NCBI RefSeq assembly: GCF_964194155.1
Contig: NC_135898.1
Location: 24,428,001 to 24,492,000, forward strand
Origin: Cetorhinus maximus
Lineage: Eukaryota
Direction: 5' to 3'
Length of the DNA: 64,000 bases
Of this stretch, positions 13,592 to 24,510 are shown piece by piece (the first letter of the stretch is position 1; each line of letters starts with the position of its first letter). The notes under the pieces were generated by a model. The model had not been told where the DNA came from. It did not search any database and saw only the letters and a program-made list of their open reading frames with translations. A program made the position numbers and the translations under genes.

Positions 13592-16220
13592 TCACCCAAT
13601 GTGAATAAATTTAGTGCCTTGACCTTTCTTCACAAAGCTAATCTCCTTTCCATTGTTTCCCGGTATTTTCAGCAATTTGGGGAGACAAGTGTCAAGAATG
13701 AGTAAAGAACATTAAAAATTATCTTCCAGAGGAAATCTTTCCCCATGCCATCAAACACCAGAAGCCTTGCCTTTCAATTTTTTTCACTTTATTTGTTCTT
13801 GGGATGTGAGCATCGCTGGCAAGCCCAGCATTTGTTGCCCATCCCTAATTGTGCTTGAACTGAGTGGATTGCTAAGGCTACCTCAGAGAGAAGGTAAGAG
13901 TCAACACATTGCTGTGGGTCTGGAGTCATGTAGGCCAGACCGGGTAAGGACAACAGCTTTCCTTTCCTGAAGAGCATTGCTGATGGGTTTTTGTAACAAT
14001 CTGGTAGTTTCATGATCATCATTACCAAGACTGGCAGTTAAATCCATATTTATTAATTAATTGAATTTAAATTCCCCCACCCCCCACTCCCATAGTGGGA
14101 TTCAAACTCATGTCTCCTGTCCTAGTAACATTACCACTATGCTACCATCTCCATGGGTTATGTCATATGGACTATCCAGTCACTTATAAATAACAGATAA
14201 TAACAGGCTAACCACGACTCTATGAACATTTACACAGGTTGGGATGAATTTACACATGAGCAGGGAACCCACAACAAGTGATATTGTATCGCTCTCCAGT
14301 TCAAAACTTGGTGCAATATTCAATTCCACTGCCTGTTTTGGAAAACTGAAAACTGAATATAATGTGTGTCTTGTAATGCTCATCAAATCCCAATTACCAC
14401 AACTGCCCCCCAAACTCCTGTCAACGTGTGATGCAACTGCTCACAGTGTGAGCTGAGAAAGCTTATTTTACATGAGGTTACTGAGCTCATAGTGAAATGG
14501 CATGCCACAGTTTCCTGGGAACATTCCCTCAGGGTAAGTGAGGTCTGCATTGTTCACTCCGTCATCTCACTTAAAGGAAGTTAATACCACTGACCACTCT
14601 GTGCAAAGTTGAAACCAGGGCTGATTATTCAGTACTGAGCCATATAGTGTTGGATTACACAGGTGGGGACACCATGGTTTGCATTTTTGCAAGATCCTTC
14701 CCTATTTGTACAAGAGACCGGATACATTTCCAGTCCTTTGCAAGCATGAAACATTACCTCAGGGAACGTGATCTAACGCAAGAACACACACAGCTCAGGA
14801 AATGTGTCACTCCTTTTTTCTACCTGTGCGATTGTACTTTTAGCGTCTCATCTTTTGTCTCCAGGTTTAGTGTATCAGGAAGAAATAGGGAAGCATAAAC
14901 TCATGGAATCGTACAACACAGAAGGAAGCCACTTGGCCCATCGTGCCTGTGTCTTTGGAAGAGCGATTCAATTGGTCCCACTCCTCTACTCCTTCTCTCT
15001 AACCTTGAAAATTTTGCCTTTTTTAAGTATTTATCCAATGGCCTTTTGAAAGATATTATTGAATCTGCTTCCACATATCTTACAGAGAGTGCATTCCAGA
15101 TCATGACTCACTGTGTTTATAAATACAAAATCTTCTCATCTTCCCTCTGGTTCTGTTGCCAATTATCTTAATTCTCTGCCGTCCCTCCACCTTATGAAGT
15201 ATCAATCCTACCTTGGCCAATGCATGTTCATCCCGGGCATAGGTAAATTTGCAGCCCCTGAGACGAGCTGAATTGAGAAACAGACTACAGCTGTTCCCAT
15301 GTGCGTGCACTGAGCTAAACATCAGCTGCTGCTGAAAGACCGTCAACTCAGTGCAAGACGTTTTTGATCTTCTTTAAACTTCATAGAAGTCACAGAAAGT
15401 TTACAGCACAGAAAGGGGTCACTCTGCCCATCATATCTGTGCTGGTCAAAAGCGACCCCCCCACCCCTCCCCTCCCCCAGCCTCATCCCACTTTCCAGCA
15501 TTCGGTCCGTAGCCCTGCAGGTTACAATTGAGGTGCGCATCCAGGCACCTTTTAAATGAGTTGGGTGTTTCTGCCTTCACTTCCTTTTCAGGCAGTGAGT
15601 CCCAGACCCCCAGCATCCCTCTAGGTGAAAAAAGGTTTCTTCATTCCCCACTGTAATCTTTCTACCAATCACTTTAAATCTGTCCACTAGTCTGCTTGCT
15701 GATCTCCCAGTGCAAATGGCAGTTATCAAGTGTTGCAGGCTGGCACATTCCAAGGTCCAGGGCTATGTGCTGAGGAACATACTTGGGGCAGCCAGTGCAA
15801 TGTTTCACTGGTGAAAGGACATGGTCTAAGGCCCCCCCACCATAGTACAGCAAGGGGCTGGTACCTGTGTAAAACCTCTCGGGTTGTATGCAAGAGAGAA
15901 TGTTTGACATGAGATGTAAATGTACATTGTAAATACAACTTGTAATGGCAAGTGTAGTGAGGTACCTCATGCACTGTATTGAAAGAAACTGACCTGTATT
16001 GCATTTTATCTCATGCTAAATGTGAAACGTCATGTATTGAGGCTTCACAATTTTTGTGATTAAAGTATATTTCTGAAGGAAAAAATCTGAATTGAGAAAC
16101 AGAAAGAAACATGCTACAGGTGCAAATGGAAATCTGTAAACTCATCGGTTGAAAATAAGATGTCAACGTTTCAGCAGATGGGTTAGAGGAACATTGAGCA
16201 CATGGGACTAGGAATTGCAG

Positions 16221-17130
16221 AACAAAAATAAAAATACCTGGAAAAACTCAGCAGGTCTGACAGCATCTGCGGAGGGGAACACAGTTAACGTTTCGATTCC
16301 ATATGACTCTTCAACAGAACTAAGGAAAAATAGAAAAGAGGTGAAATAAGGGGGGCTGGGACAAGTAGAGCTGGATAGAGGGCCAGCGATAGGTGGAGAT
16401 TGCCCTTTTGTCTATGACATCTTTTGGCTAAGACGTGTTGAAGGTGGTGATATTATCTAAGGAATGTGCTAACAGGTGACATTGAGGATAGAAAGCAGGA
16501 TGAGCAACGTACAGATAGCCCTAGTGGGGGTGTGGTGGGGGTGCGGGGAAGGGAGCAAAATAGGCTAATAGGTAGAGATAAAACAATGGATGGAAATACA
16601 TTTAAAAATAATGCAAATAGTTGGCAAAAGAAAAATCTATATAAATTATTGTAAAAAAGGGGGATCGGAAAGGGGGTTAGGATGGAAGAGAGAATTCATG
16701 ATCTAAAATTGTTGAACTCAAAATTCAGTCCGGAAAGCTGTAAAGTGCCTAGTCGGAAGATGAGGTGCTGTTCCTCCAGTCTGGGTTGAGCTTCACTGGA
16801 ACAATGCAGCAAGCCAAGGACGCACATGTGGGTATGAGAGCAGGGTGGAGTGTTGAAATGGCAAGCGACAGGGAGGTCTGGGTCATGCTTGCTCACAGAC
16901 CGAAGGTGTTCCAGTCTGCGTTTGGTCTCTCCAATGTAGAGGAAACCGCATTGGGAGCAGCGAATGCAGTAGACTAAATTGAGGGAAGTGCAAATGAAGT
17001 GCTGCTTCACTTGAAAGGAGTGTTTGCGCCCTTGGACGGTGAGGAGAGGGGAAATAAAGGGGCAGGTGTTGCACCTTCGGCGGTTGCATTGGAAGATGTG
17101 GTGGGAGGGGGTTGAAGTGTAGGGGGTGAT
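16221..17130 (-). mobile_element. Truncated Penelope-like element (GIY-YIG endonuclease region plus tail) with target-site duplication
   Basis: ORF 16696-17010 reads NLVYCIRCSQCGFLYIGETKRR...HFN, a GIY-YIG motif. Flanked by the direct repeat GAATTGCAG at 16212-16220 and 17131-17139. Confidence 0.88.
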
Positions 17131-17296
17131 GAATTGCAGTGATCGTCCGTGGTCGGACTAGTTTCCCAGCATTGTTACGCTCAATACATTACACTGCGGT
17201 GTTAAAATAACAGCCAGGTACCATCAAAAATACCTGAACTTTGTTTTTTAAATCTTCTCGATTTTCAAACTTTGGGTGGGTGCCAACAACTAATTT

Positions 17297-17417
17297 GGGA
17301 ATATGCGCTAAACTGAGGAACTTTTCAGAACCCACTACGCAATCATAAAATTTCCAACCACAAAAAGGAACAGCAAGCTCAAAGGGGCGGAGCATGTGGA
17401 ACACACAATGTATAAAA
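17297..17417 (+). promoter_or_regulatory. Proximal promoter of il1b copy 1: kappaB-like, ETS/PU.1-like and C/EBP-like motifs, GC box, TATA
   Basis: GGGAATATGC 17297-17306; AACTGAGGAACTT about 17311-17323; CTACGCAAT 17335-17343; GGGGCGGAG 17384-17392; TATAAAA 17411-17417, which is 98 bp upstream of the ATG. These are motif matches only. Confidence 0.7.
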
Positions 17418-17508
17418 GGAGGGCTGAGGGCTGGTTGTGTGTAGAACGATACAGCAAGATATAACTCAAACAAGTGATAGGTTCAAACTTACCGTGGACA
17501 TAAGAGAG

Positions 17509-20500
17509 ATGAGAACTGAAGTAGGACCTGTGACCATTCCAATGGTTGAGAATGAATCGCGAAGGTAAGATGATGGATTTATTTAATGTTTATATGCAAA
17601 CTGAGTGATCATAGTCTCTCTCCCTCTCTAACCTGGATATGTTTGCAGCTGCAAACTACAGAATACTTTTCTGTGATTTTTCTTATCACAGAGAAAGTTT
17701 GGAGAAATGATTTGGTTTTAGCAGGGCTTGACTGACCTCATGTTAAAATTTTAAGGCATAGTTTATATTCCAGCCGTCGGGCTAAGAAATGGAGATGTGG
17801 GGAGTTCCCCTGGGACGTTGATTATCCATAACATTAGCGGCAAAGCTTAGAGTTTTGTGAAGAAACTGTAATAATTTCCGAAAACAAAAACAAAAAAACA
17901 GCCTCTCGTTTTATGAGAAATAGCCGTAAAAGGAATTCTTCCTGCCCACACCTACCCACCACCTGTAAAATCCCAGTCTGGTTCTGTGATCACCACCAGC
18001 AGCAGCTGTGTGCATGTGGTGCAGCGGTCACTCTCTTCCTTTCATCCCCTTCCTGTACAATACTCCTGGCCTTCACGGTCACACAGGTGGTTGAGGAGTG
18101 CAAGGGATAGTTAGTGCGGATTCTGCGTGTGTATACGCCATCACACTGCTCTTAACACCACAATGGAATAAGTGTATATTTCAAACTACATTACCAGACA
18201 CCAACAGAAGAGTGTTTTATATTTACCGTTGAACCAGCTGGTTGCAGCTTTCCTGTGTTAATCAGCCAAGGAAGCCAAATTTAGCTTCTTTCATATAAGC
18301 TGACTGTGATGTTTGCTCTATCCACAGAACCCTCGGTTACAAATGCAACAAGGATTCACGTCTCACTTCTCCGACTCTCTGCCCCCAGATCAAGGTAAGA
18401 ATCTTTCACTGCAATTCCATCAGACTGATATTGGGAGGGGGAGAACATGCATTGGGCTAAAGTTAGAGTAAACTTGAGTCAGTAAATGTTCAACTCCTCT
18501 GAAAGAGCAGAATTCACGAAGCAACCCTGGGAAAAGCACCTTGACAGTGCAGGGTTTGAATTCCCAGGCCCACAGCTCATCTTTCATGGAGTAATCTTTC
18601 ATTTCGAGGCCCTTTTACAAGTAGGTTGGAGGCTCGGCTGACATGAAAGGAATCCGCAAGATCTGATCGCACTCTCTCATTTTCACAGAGCCCTTTTCAA
18701 GAGACTGCACCCAACCTAATGGAGACCAGCAGCGCCAGCAGCGCCAGTTGCCAAGCAGAGCGAGTGAGTTACCAGCTGCAAATCAGCAGCACATCCTCAG
18801 CCATCACGGCAGTTGGCAATGCCAGCCTCTCACTGGAACAGGCTGTCATGTTAGTCCTGGCTGTTGAGAAATTCAAACAGAAATTGAAGCAGCCCTCTGG
18901 TGACGGCTGGGAATACGATGGCGGCTCTTTCATGGACACTGACTTGCTGGGGAACTTCAGTGCGATCATCGAAGGTAAGATGTGCTTTCCCCTTCAGTGT
19001 TGCCTTTCTGTTAATGCTGACCTCGGGGTCGGGGTAGGGTGGTGTCCGACTTGGTAGTTGTGCGGGGGGCGGGGGGGGGGGTGGGTGTGGGGGAGGGTGG
19101 AGGAGGGCACAACTTCCACTGACCAACGTGGCATCTGGGCTCATCGCCACCTGCCGCTGGTGGCTTCAGTGTTTCTGTTGATGGTGATCCTGAGTCCCAG
19201 GGAGAAGCCATCTCCTGGTAACTCAGGCCGGGCATCGAGCATGGCCTTATGCAGCAGCGCCCGGCAACAAATACTAAAGAAAAGTAGTGGCCTGAGGGTT
19301 CATTTAGGCTGATTCGTCTCCGCTCACCCGCACTGGTGAATAAACCGTTTGGATTTGTGCCCACAGAAGCCACCACCTGCAGCAGCTATGATGCTGCTGA
19401 AAATGTGAGCAGCACTTACAGATTCGTGTCGAGCGAATGCCACCAGATGAAGGATGATCAAGACAGATCCCTGATCCTCTCGGAGAATCTCCAGCTCCTG
19501 GCCATGTCCTTGCAGCAGCCAAAGAATGCAGGTGGGTACATCTCAGCTAGTGTCCCTCTCTGCAGCAGTGAAAATAAGAGGAAAGTTGGTGGCGGTGTGT
19601 GGGGAGGGTGCGGGCAGGACAAAGGATCCGGAGATTCCCTTGACTCCCCCATTGGGCAGGCGCTGACCCTTGGCTGGGATGCAGGGGTCACTTGAGCTCA
19701 GTATCTCACTCGCATGGGCCATTGGTAATGTGAGGCAAAAGTGTCATCAAGCCATTGTGGCATTGTGTGGGCACGGCCATGCCTAACTAATGAGCATGCA
19801 CAGGGAGCCCCTGACTCATTTCCCTTGGCCAAGCAGTGCTGAGACCAATTGCAATGCTCCTGTGACTGGTTTGGTTAGCCTGAACCTGATGACCAGCTGG
19901 TCTGCAAAGCTCCCAAATGCTGCGACGATGCATTTGCCCAGTTAAAACTGGAGAGCCGCACTTCTATTCACCTTGCTCGCAATGTGCATTGACTACTGTG
20001 CTAAAATGGTGCTTCTTTGATTTCCAGTTCAATTGGATATGAGGTACTACAAGACAGCTGCAGGCAATGACGTTGAAGGTTTGCCTGTTGTTCTGAAAAT
20101 CAGCAGCCAGAATCTGTACCTCTCATGCACGGGACCACAAGACAGACCCATCATGCAGCTGGAGGTAAGAGATCCCACAAGTGCACACAGTTAACTGACA
20201 GGTGGCAGTGGTGGTGAGCCACAGTTCAGCCAGGGAGTCCAGGTTGCTTTGGCAGGCATGTCATATTCTAGAGCTATGGATAGTGGAGGCTCCAATTTTC
20301 TCTCCATCACCAGGAATCTCTCCTGCTCTTAACCACCTTGGTGGTACCACTATTAGTGTGTGTTGGAAGGATTTGCAGGATGATACTCTATCTGTTTAGC
20401 CATGCTATGAACACACCTTCTTTGGTCATCAAGGCCTGGGGTGGGAATTGAACCTGGAGCTTCTCAGAGGCAGGGATGTTACCCACTGCACCACATGACC

Positions 20501-21187
20501 TTCTAGCTGACAAATAGACAGTCGCATATCATTGCTATCTTGAGGATCTGCCCGTTTGCCCTTGTTCATACCATACAAGCTGCATGTATCAGAGGACTCA
20601 GTCCCTGTTCCCTTCACTCTGGCTGTGAGCCCATCCACGGGGTCCCTGTGAATTCTGGCTCCGCAGCCTCGGGAAGCCTCCTCCCACTGGGATATGGGTT
20701 CCACGGATGATGACCACAACTCATGTACTTCAAGGAGTCTGGGCAGAGCCCTAATATCAGGGCACCAGCCCTCGCATTCACACGAGTTGACTGCCCCCAG
20801 GAAAGAAAAGGGATGGTAACAGGATTAGGGTTAAATTCGCTCAAATATTGCAGGCTCGGAACCATCAGCCCTTGTTCAGGAATCGGGCCTGAAATGAAAC
20901 CAGCCGCATCTCCCTCTCGTCAGATATAGAATGGCATTTAACTTTGTCCATTTTTTTTGTTTCTCTTTGCACAGAAATGGGACCAGAATCTGAAGAATAT
21001 CAACGGCGCCACTGACCTGCTTCGATTTGTGTTCTTTAAGAAGGTCTTCAGCTCTGGCCTGCACTTTGAGCTTGAATCAGCCAAGTACCACGGCTGGTAC
21101 ATCAGCACATCCAAAAAGAACAGACAGCCTGTCGAGATGGATGAGAAGGAGAACCACAAGCGAATCACAGTCTTCACAGCTGATTGA
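17509..21187 (+). CDS. il1b: Interleukin-1 beta-like precursor, copy 1 (A type); 6 coding exons, 307 aa
   Basis: Exons 17509-17564, 18328-18394, 18689-18974, 19367-19531, 20028-20164 and 20975-21187. All introns are GT-AG with phases 2,0,1,1,0, as in mammalian IL1B coding exons. The 924 nt spliced CDS is open: MRTEVGPVTIPMVENESRR...LEQAVMLVLAVEKFK...MKDDQDRSLILS...LPVVLKISSQNLYLSC...LLRFVFFKK...FELESAKYHGWYISTSKKNRQPV...VFTAD*. It has an IL-1 family signature-like motif, no signal peptide, an upstream TATA box and an AU-rich 3' UTR. Confidence 0.93.
17800..17809. promoter_or_regulatory. Consensus NF-kappaB site in il1b intron 1 (also at 31348, 43764 and 57309)
   Basis: GGGAGTTCCC, within GGGGAGTTCCCC, matches GGGRNWYYCC exactly and is identical in all four copies. 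Confidence 0.6.
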
Positions 21188-21590
21188 GACCATCTCAGTC
21201 TCAGCACAGTTCACAACCCAAATCAGAAGTAGTTGGTTTAGAGAGAGAGTGTGTATGTACAAAGTACAGAATTTTAAATCCATTGGGGTCAGATGAGTCT
21301 AATGGGTAGCTGATAAAATTGTCATTTAATTAAAACCTAACCAAAATAATTTATGTAAAATCGTCAGTGAAGTACAGGTGGCAATATTTGCTACTGTTTT
21401 TCGTGTGTGTTATTTACATTTAAACTTGAGTGAGTCTAAGCTGTCATGTTTGGTAACTTGAATATAAGTAATTATTTAATTTTTTAAATATTTAATATTA
21501 TTATTATTTAAATTCTTCATTAATTTATTACTGTACTGGATACAGTCTCTTCCTTTCTTGATTAAATTAAGTTATTTTTCAAACACATTG
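21188..21590 (+). promoter_or_regulatory. il1b copy 1 3' UTR with AU-rich instability elements and a probable polyA signal
   Basis: Multiple ATTTA pentamers between about 21320 and 21530, including TTATTTAA contexts; ATTAAA at 21561-21566. The same block follows each of the other copies. Confidence 0.75.
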
Positions 21591-22422
21591 GGTTCCATGT
21601 ACATTTTTACACATTTCCATGAAAGTTTTGTTGATACAGAAGAAAATGTGGAAGATCACAGCATCTCTGCAGTGTAAAAAGCTGCCCCATTCCCTTAGAC
21701 TCTTTGGAATCTCCGTTGTTTATTCATTTCCCACTTCCCTCACACTCTGTTGGATAACCCCTGAATGTTTTTCATCCAGTCCTGGGGACAAGGTTCGTTA
21801 AGAACCAAAAAACAGGCACAGTGACCGCAATCCACAATTAACGCGCTGCTTGCTCATCTAAACGATTGCATCAGGTTACAAGTGCCATCCGCATGCCTCA
21901 GCATCCCACTCACACTGAGCAAAATTTTACAATGATAACCAACTGTCAATCACTCCTCCCTGACTCGCTAATTTGTAAGAGTCCCGGGGTTGAGCCGATT
22001 AACCCTTTCACTCTCCAGTTCCAAAATGATATCAAGTGGTAATCCTTATTGGTGACAGTGGTTGGAATTTATTCAGTATAAATAAGACTTGACACATGCT
22101 AATGCCTGAGCAGTGGAATGAAGACCCAACAATTGCACTGCCCATTACTCCCTGCTTAGAAGTGTGATCTACACGTGACTACCTTCCGGCCCTGCACCAA
22201 TGACCATGCCCGAGGTTCCATTGCCCCTCAGTATGCCATACGTACTCACTCCACCTGGGTCCTTCCACCCGGGATCAACTACAGAATGGCCCCAATCCCC
22301 CAGTCAAATGCATCTACACCTTAGGTGCTTCGGGAATCCTTTCTTCACTTCACCCACACTGCAACGTCTATGGTGACTGACGGAATGCAATCATTGGCTT
22401 GTTATTGTCCAATTATAAGACA

Positions 22423-22825
22423 TGTTTTCCTCGGAGAAGGGAAGGTTGCGAGGTGATTTGATAGAGGTGTTCAAAATCATGAGCGGTCTGGACAGAATAG
22501 ATAGGGAGAAACTGTTCCCATTGGTGGCAAGAGCGTGAATGAGAGAGCACAGATTTAAGATCATTCGCAAAAGTGATACGAGGAAAGCTTTATCACACAG
22601 CAAGTTGTTAAAGTCTGCAATGCACTGCCTGAGAGTGTGGTGGAGACAGGTTCAATCCATGGTATTCTAAAGGGAATTGGATTGTTAAGTGAAAAGTAGG
22701 AGTGTGCAGGGTTATAGGGAGAAGGCGGGAGAATGGCACTCGGTGAATTGCTCATTCGAAGAGCTGATGCAGGCACAATGGGCTGAATGGCCTCGGTCTG
22801 TGCTGTAACCATTGTGTGATTCTGT
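22423..22825 (+). mobile_element. CR1 LINE 3' end (repeated in each unit)
   Basis: TTTTCCTCGGAGAAGGGAAGGTTGCGAGGTGATTTGATAGAGGTGTTCAAAATCATG (RLRGDLIEVFKIM), ending with GGCTGAATGGCCTC...TGTGCTGTAACC. Confidence 0.82.
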
Positions 22826-23074
22826 CATGTAGCCATCTACCAGTCCAGATCAGGTCGGTGTTCAGTCATCTGTTTTCCCACCCTCGACCGTTGTCAGCTA
22901 GTAAACATACCAAAGAAACTCAATAACCGCACATGGGCAGTCAAGGTCAGTCAATTCATTCTCAAATGCCATATCGTACCAACTGCACCAGCAGCCTCAC
23001 ACCCTGCTCAATGGAGTACACCCGCATCACTCAGCTACCAACAGTAGCTATCACTCACAATGCATCACTCACAT

Positions 23075-24510
23075 TCACAAGTCGGTGGACAGGCTTTGGG
23101 GTGTCAGGAGGTGAGTAACTTGCTGTAGAATTCTCAGCATTGCTGACCCGCTTTTGTAGCCAGCGTATTTCGATGGCTGGTCCAGTTCAGTTTCAATGCT
23201 AAGCCCCCAGGAAGTTGATAGTGGAGGATTCGGTGAGGATAATTCCATTGAATGTCAAGGGACGATGATTAGATTCTCTCTTGTTGAGATGGTCATTGAC
23301 TGTCTCATAAAAATATAATAATTTTCCTGAGATTATTGTGATTTACTATAAAAGTGGGATAATAGTGGGGTTTGGAGCATTTTCTCTGTGTCTATGTGTT
23401 TGGAGGATTTAATTGAATGGAAACAGCTGGCCTGGAGGTTTTGAGTTATCAACAACAACTTAGGCTTGAAATGCTAAATACATGAACATGGCTGAAGTTT
23501 TGTAATGTGAGGTGTGAGGAACATTTGCATTTTTAGATAAATTAGAGTAGTTTGAATTTCAAAGAGATGGTAAGATCTTCCACTTAGTCAGAAGAAGCTA
23601 AGCCAAACAGTGTGTTTAGTTATCCCAAAGGTTACTGATAAAATTAGTACTATGAAAGATTTATATTATGAGAACAGCAAAGATGCAAAGATACATTGGA
23701 ACAACGGAATTTGCATTAAAAATGGAGAAACATGTATAAAGGAGATGAGGCTATGTGTAAGAGGAGAAGGCTATTTAAGAACTAGCACAAATCTGAAAAG
23801 CCTCTAGCCTCTGTGGATCAAGTTGCTGTCCACAGGAGCCGTAACTGAGAAAGCTCATTTCAAATGCGACTGTCCAGGGTATTGTGTTGCTTTACCTGGG
23901 GCTTTTTAAATCTGTTTGTTCTTACTGTTGCCTTAACGGACGTCCATCTGGAGTCAGGTTAATTTGGGGTTTTGGAAGTTATTATAATAGTAATTTATAG
24001 ACTTTTGTATCTGCTTGAAATCTTTTCTTTTAATAAGTGTTTAATTTAGTTTTCTAAAAACCTCTGAAGTCGTGGTAGTCTCATTACTTCTGAATTCAAG
24101 GCACGCATCTTGTAATTAAATACAAATTGCAAAACAGTTGTGACCACGTGATCAAGTTTCTCTGGTGGATTTGACCAATGTGGCATGCATCATCTGCCAC
24201 ACCTGGCACTTGTGGCACTTGTTACTTGCCACTTATCAGTCCAAGCCTGAATGTTGTCTAGTGCTTGATGGATATGGGCACAAACTCCTTCAGCATCTGA
24301 GGAGTGGTGAATGGTGCTGAACATTGTGCAATCAGCAGAACACACCCCTACTTCTGACATTATGATGGAGGGAAGGTCACTAATGAAGCAGCTGAAGATG
24401 GTTGAGTCTAGCACACTGCCCTGAGGAACTCCTGCAGTGATGTCCTAGGGCTGAGATGATTAGTCTCCGACAACCATAACTATCTTCCTTTGTGCTCGAT
24501 TTGACTTCTT
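23075..24510 (-). mobile_element. CR1-type LINE fragment interrupted by a 0.9-kb insert (repeated in each unit)
   Basis: The minus ORF 24190-24414 reads FSCFISDLPSII..EVGV.SADC...DNIQAWTDKWQVT; same family as 3110-3630. Confidence 0.75.
23301..24201. mobile_element. LTR-like 0.9-kb insert (also at 36829-37715, 49258-50157 and 62790-63676)
   Basis: TGT...ACA termini; it splits the LINE sequence GGTCATTGCC|TGGCACTTG with a short CC/CCTG duplication. No coding motifs were found. Confidence 0.55.

Noticed and set aside
19532-19695. Open frame continuing from exon 4 into intron 4 (119-aa track ORF) as a possible alternative C-terminus
   Set aside because: There is a good donor at 19531/19532, the extension is frameshifted in copy 2, and it has no recognisable motif.
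20410-20500. tRNA-like B-box (GGGAATTGAACC) in intron 5 as a tRNA gene
   Set aside because: No complete cloverleaf; consistent with a decayed tRNA-derived SINE head on the minus strand.
23610-23807. Recurrent ORF MCLVIPKVTDK... in every unit as a second gene in the array
   Set aside because: It lies within an LTR-like insert, starts at GTG, and its length varies (65, 92 and 99 aa) through stops and indels; recurrence reflects the duplication only.
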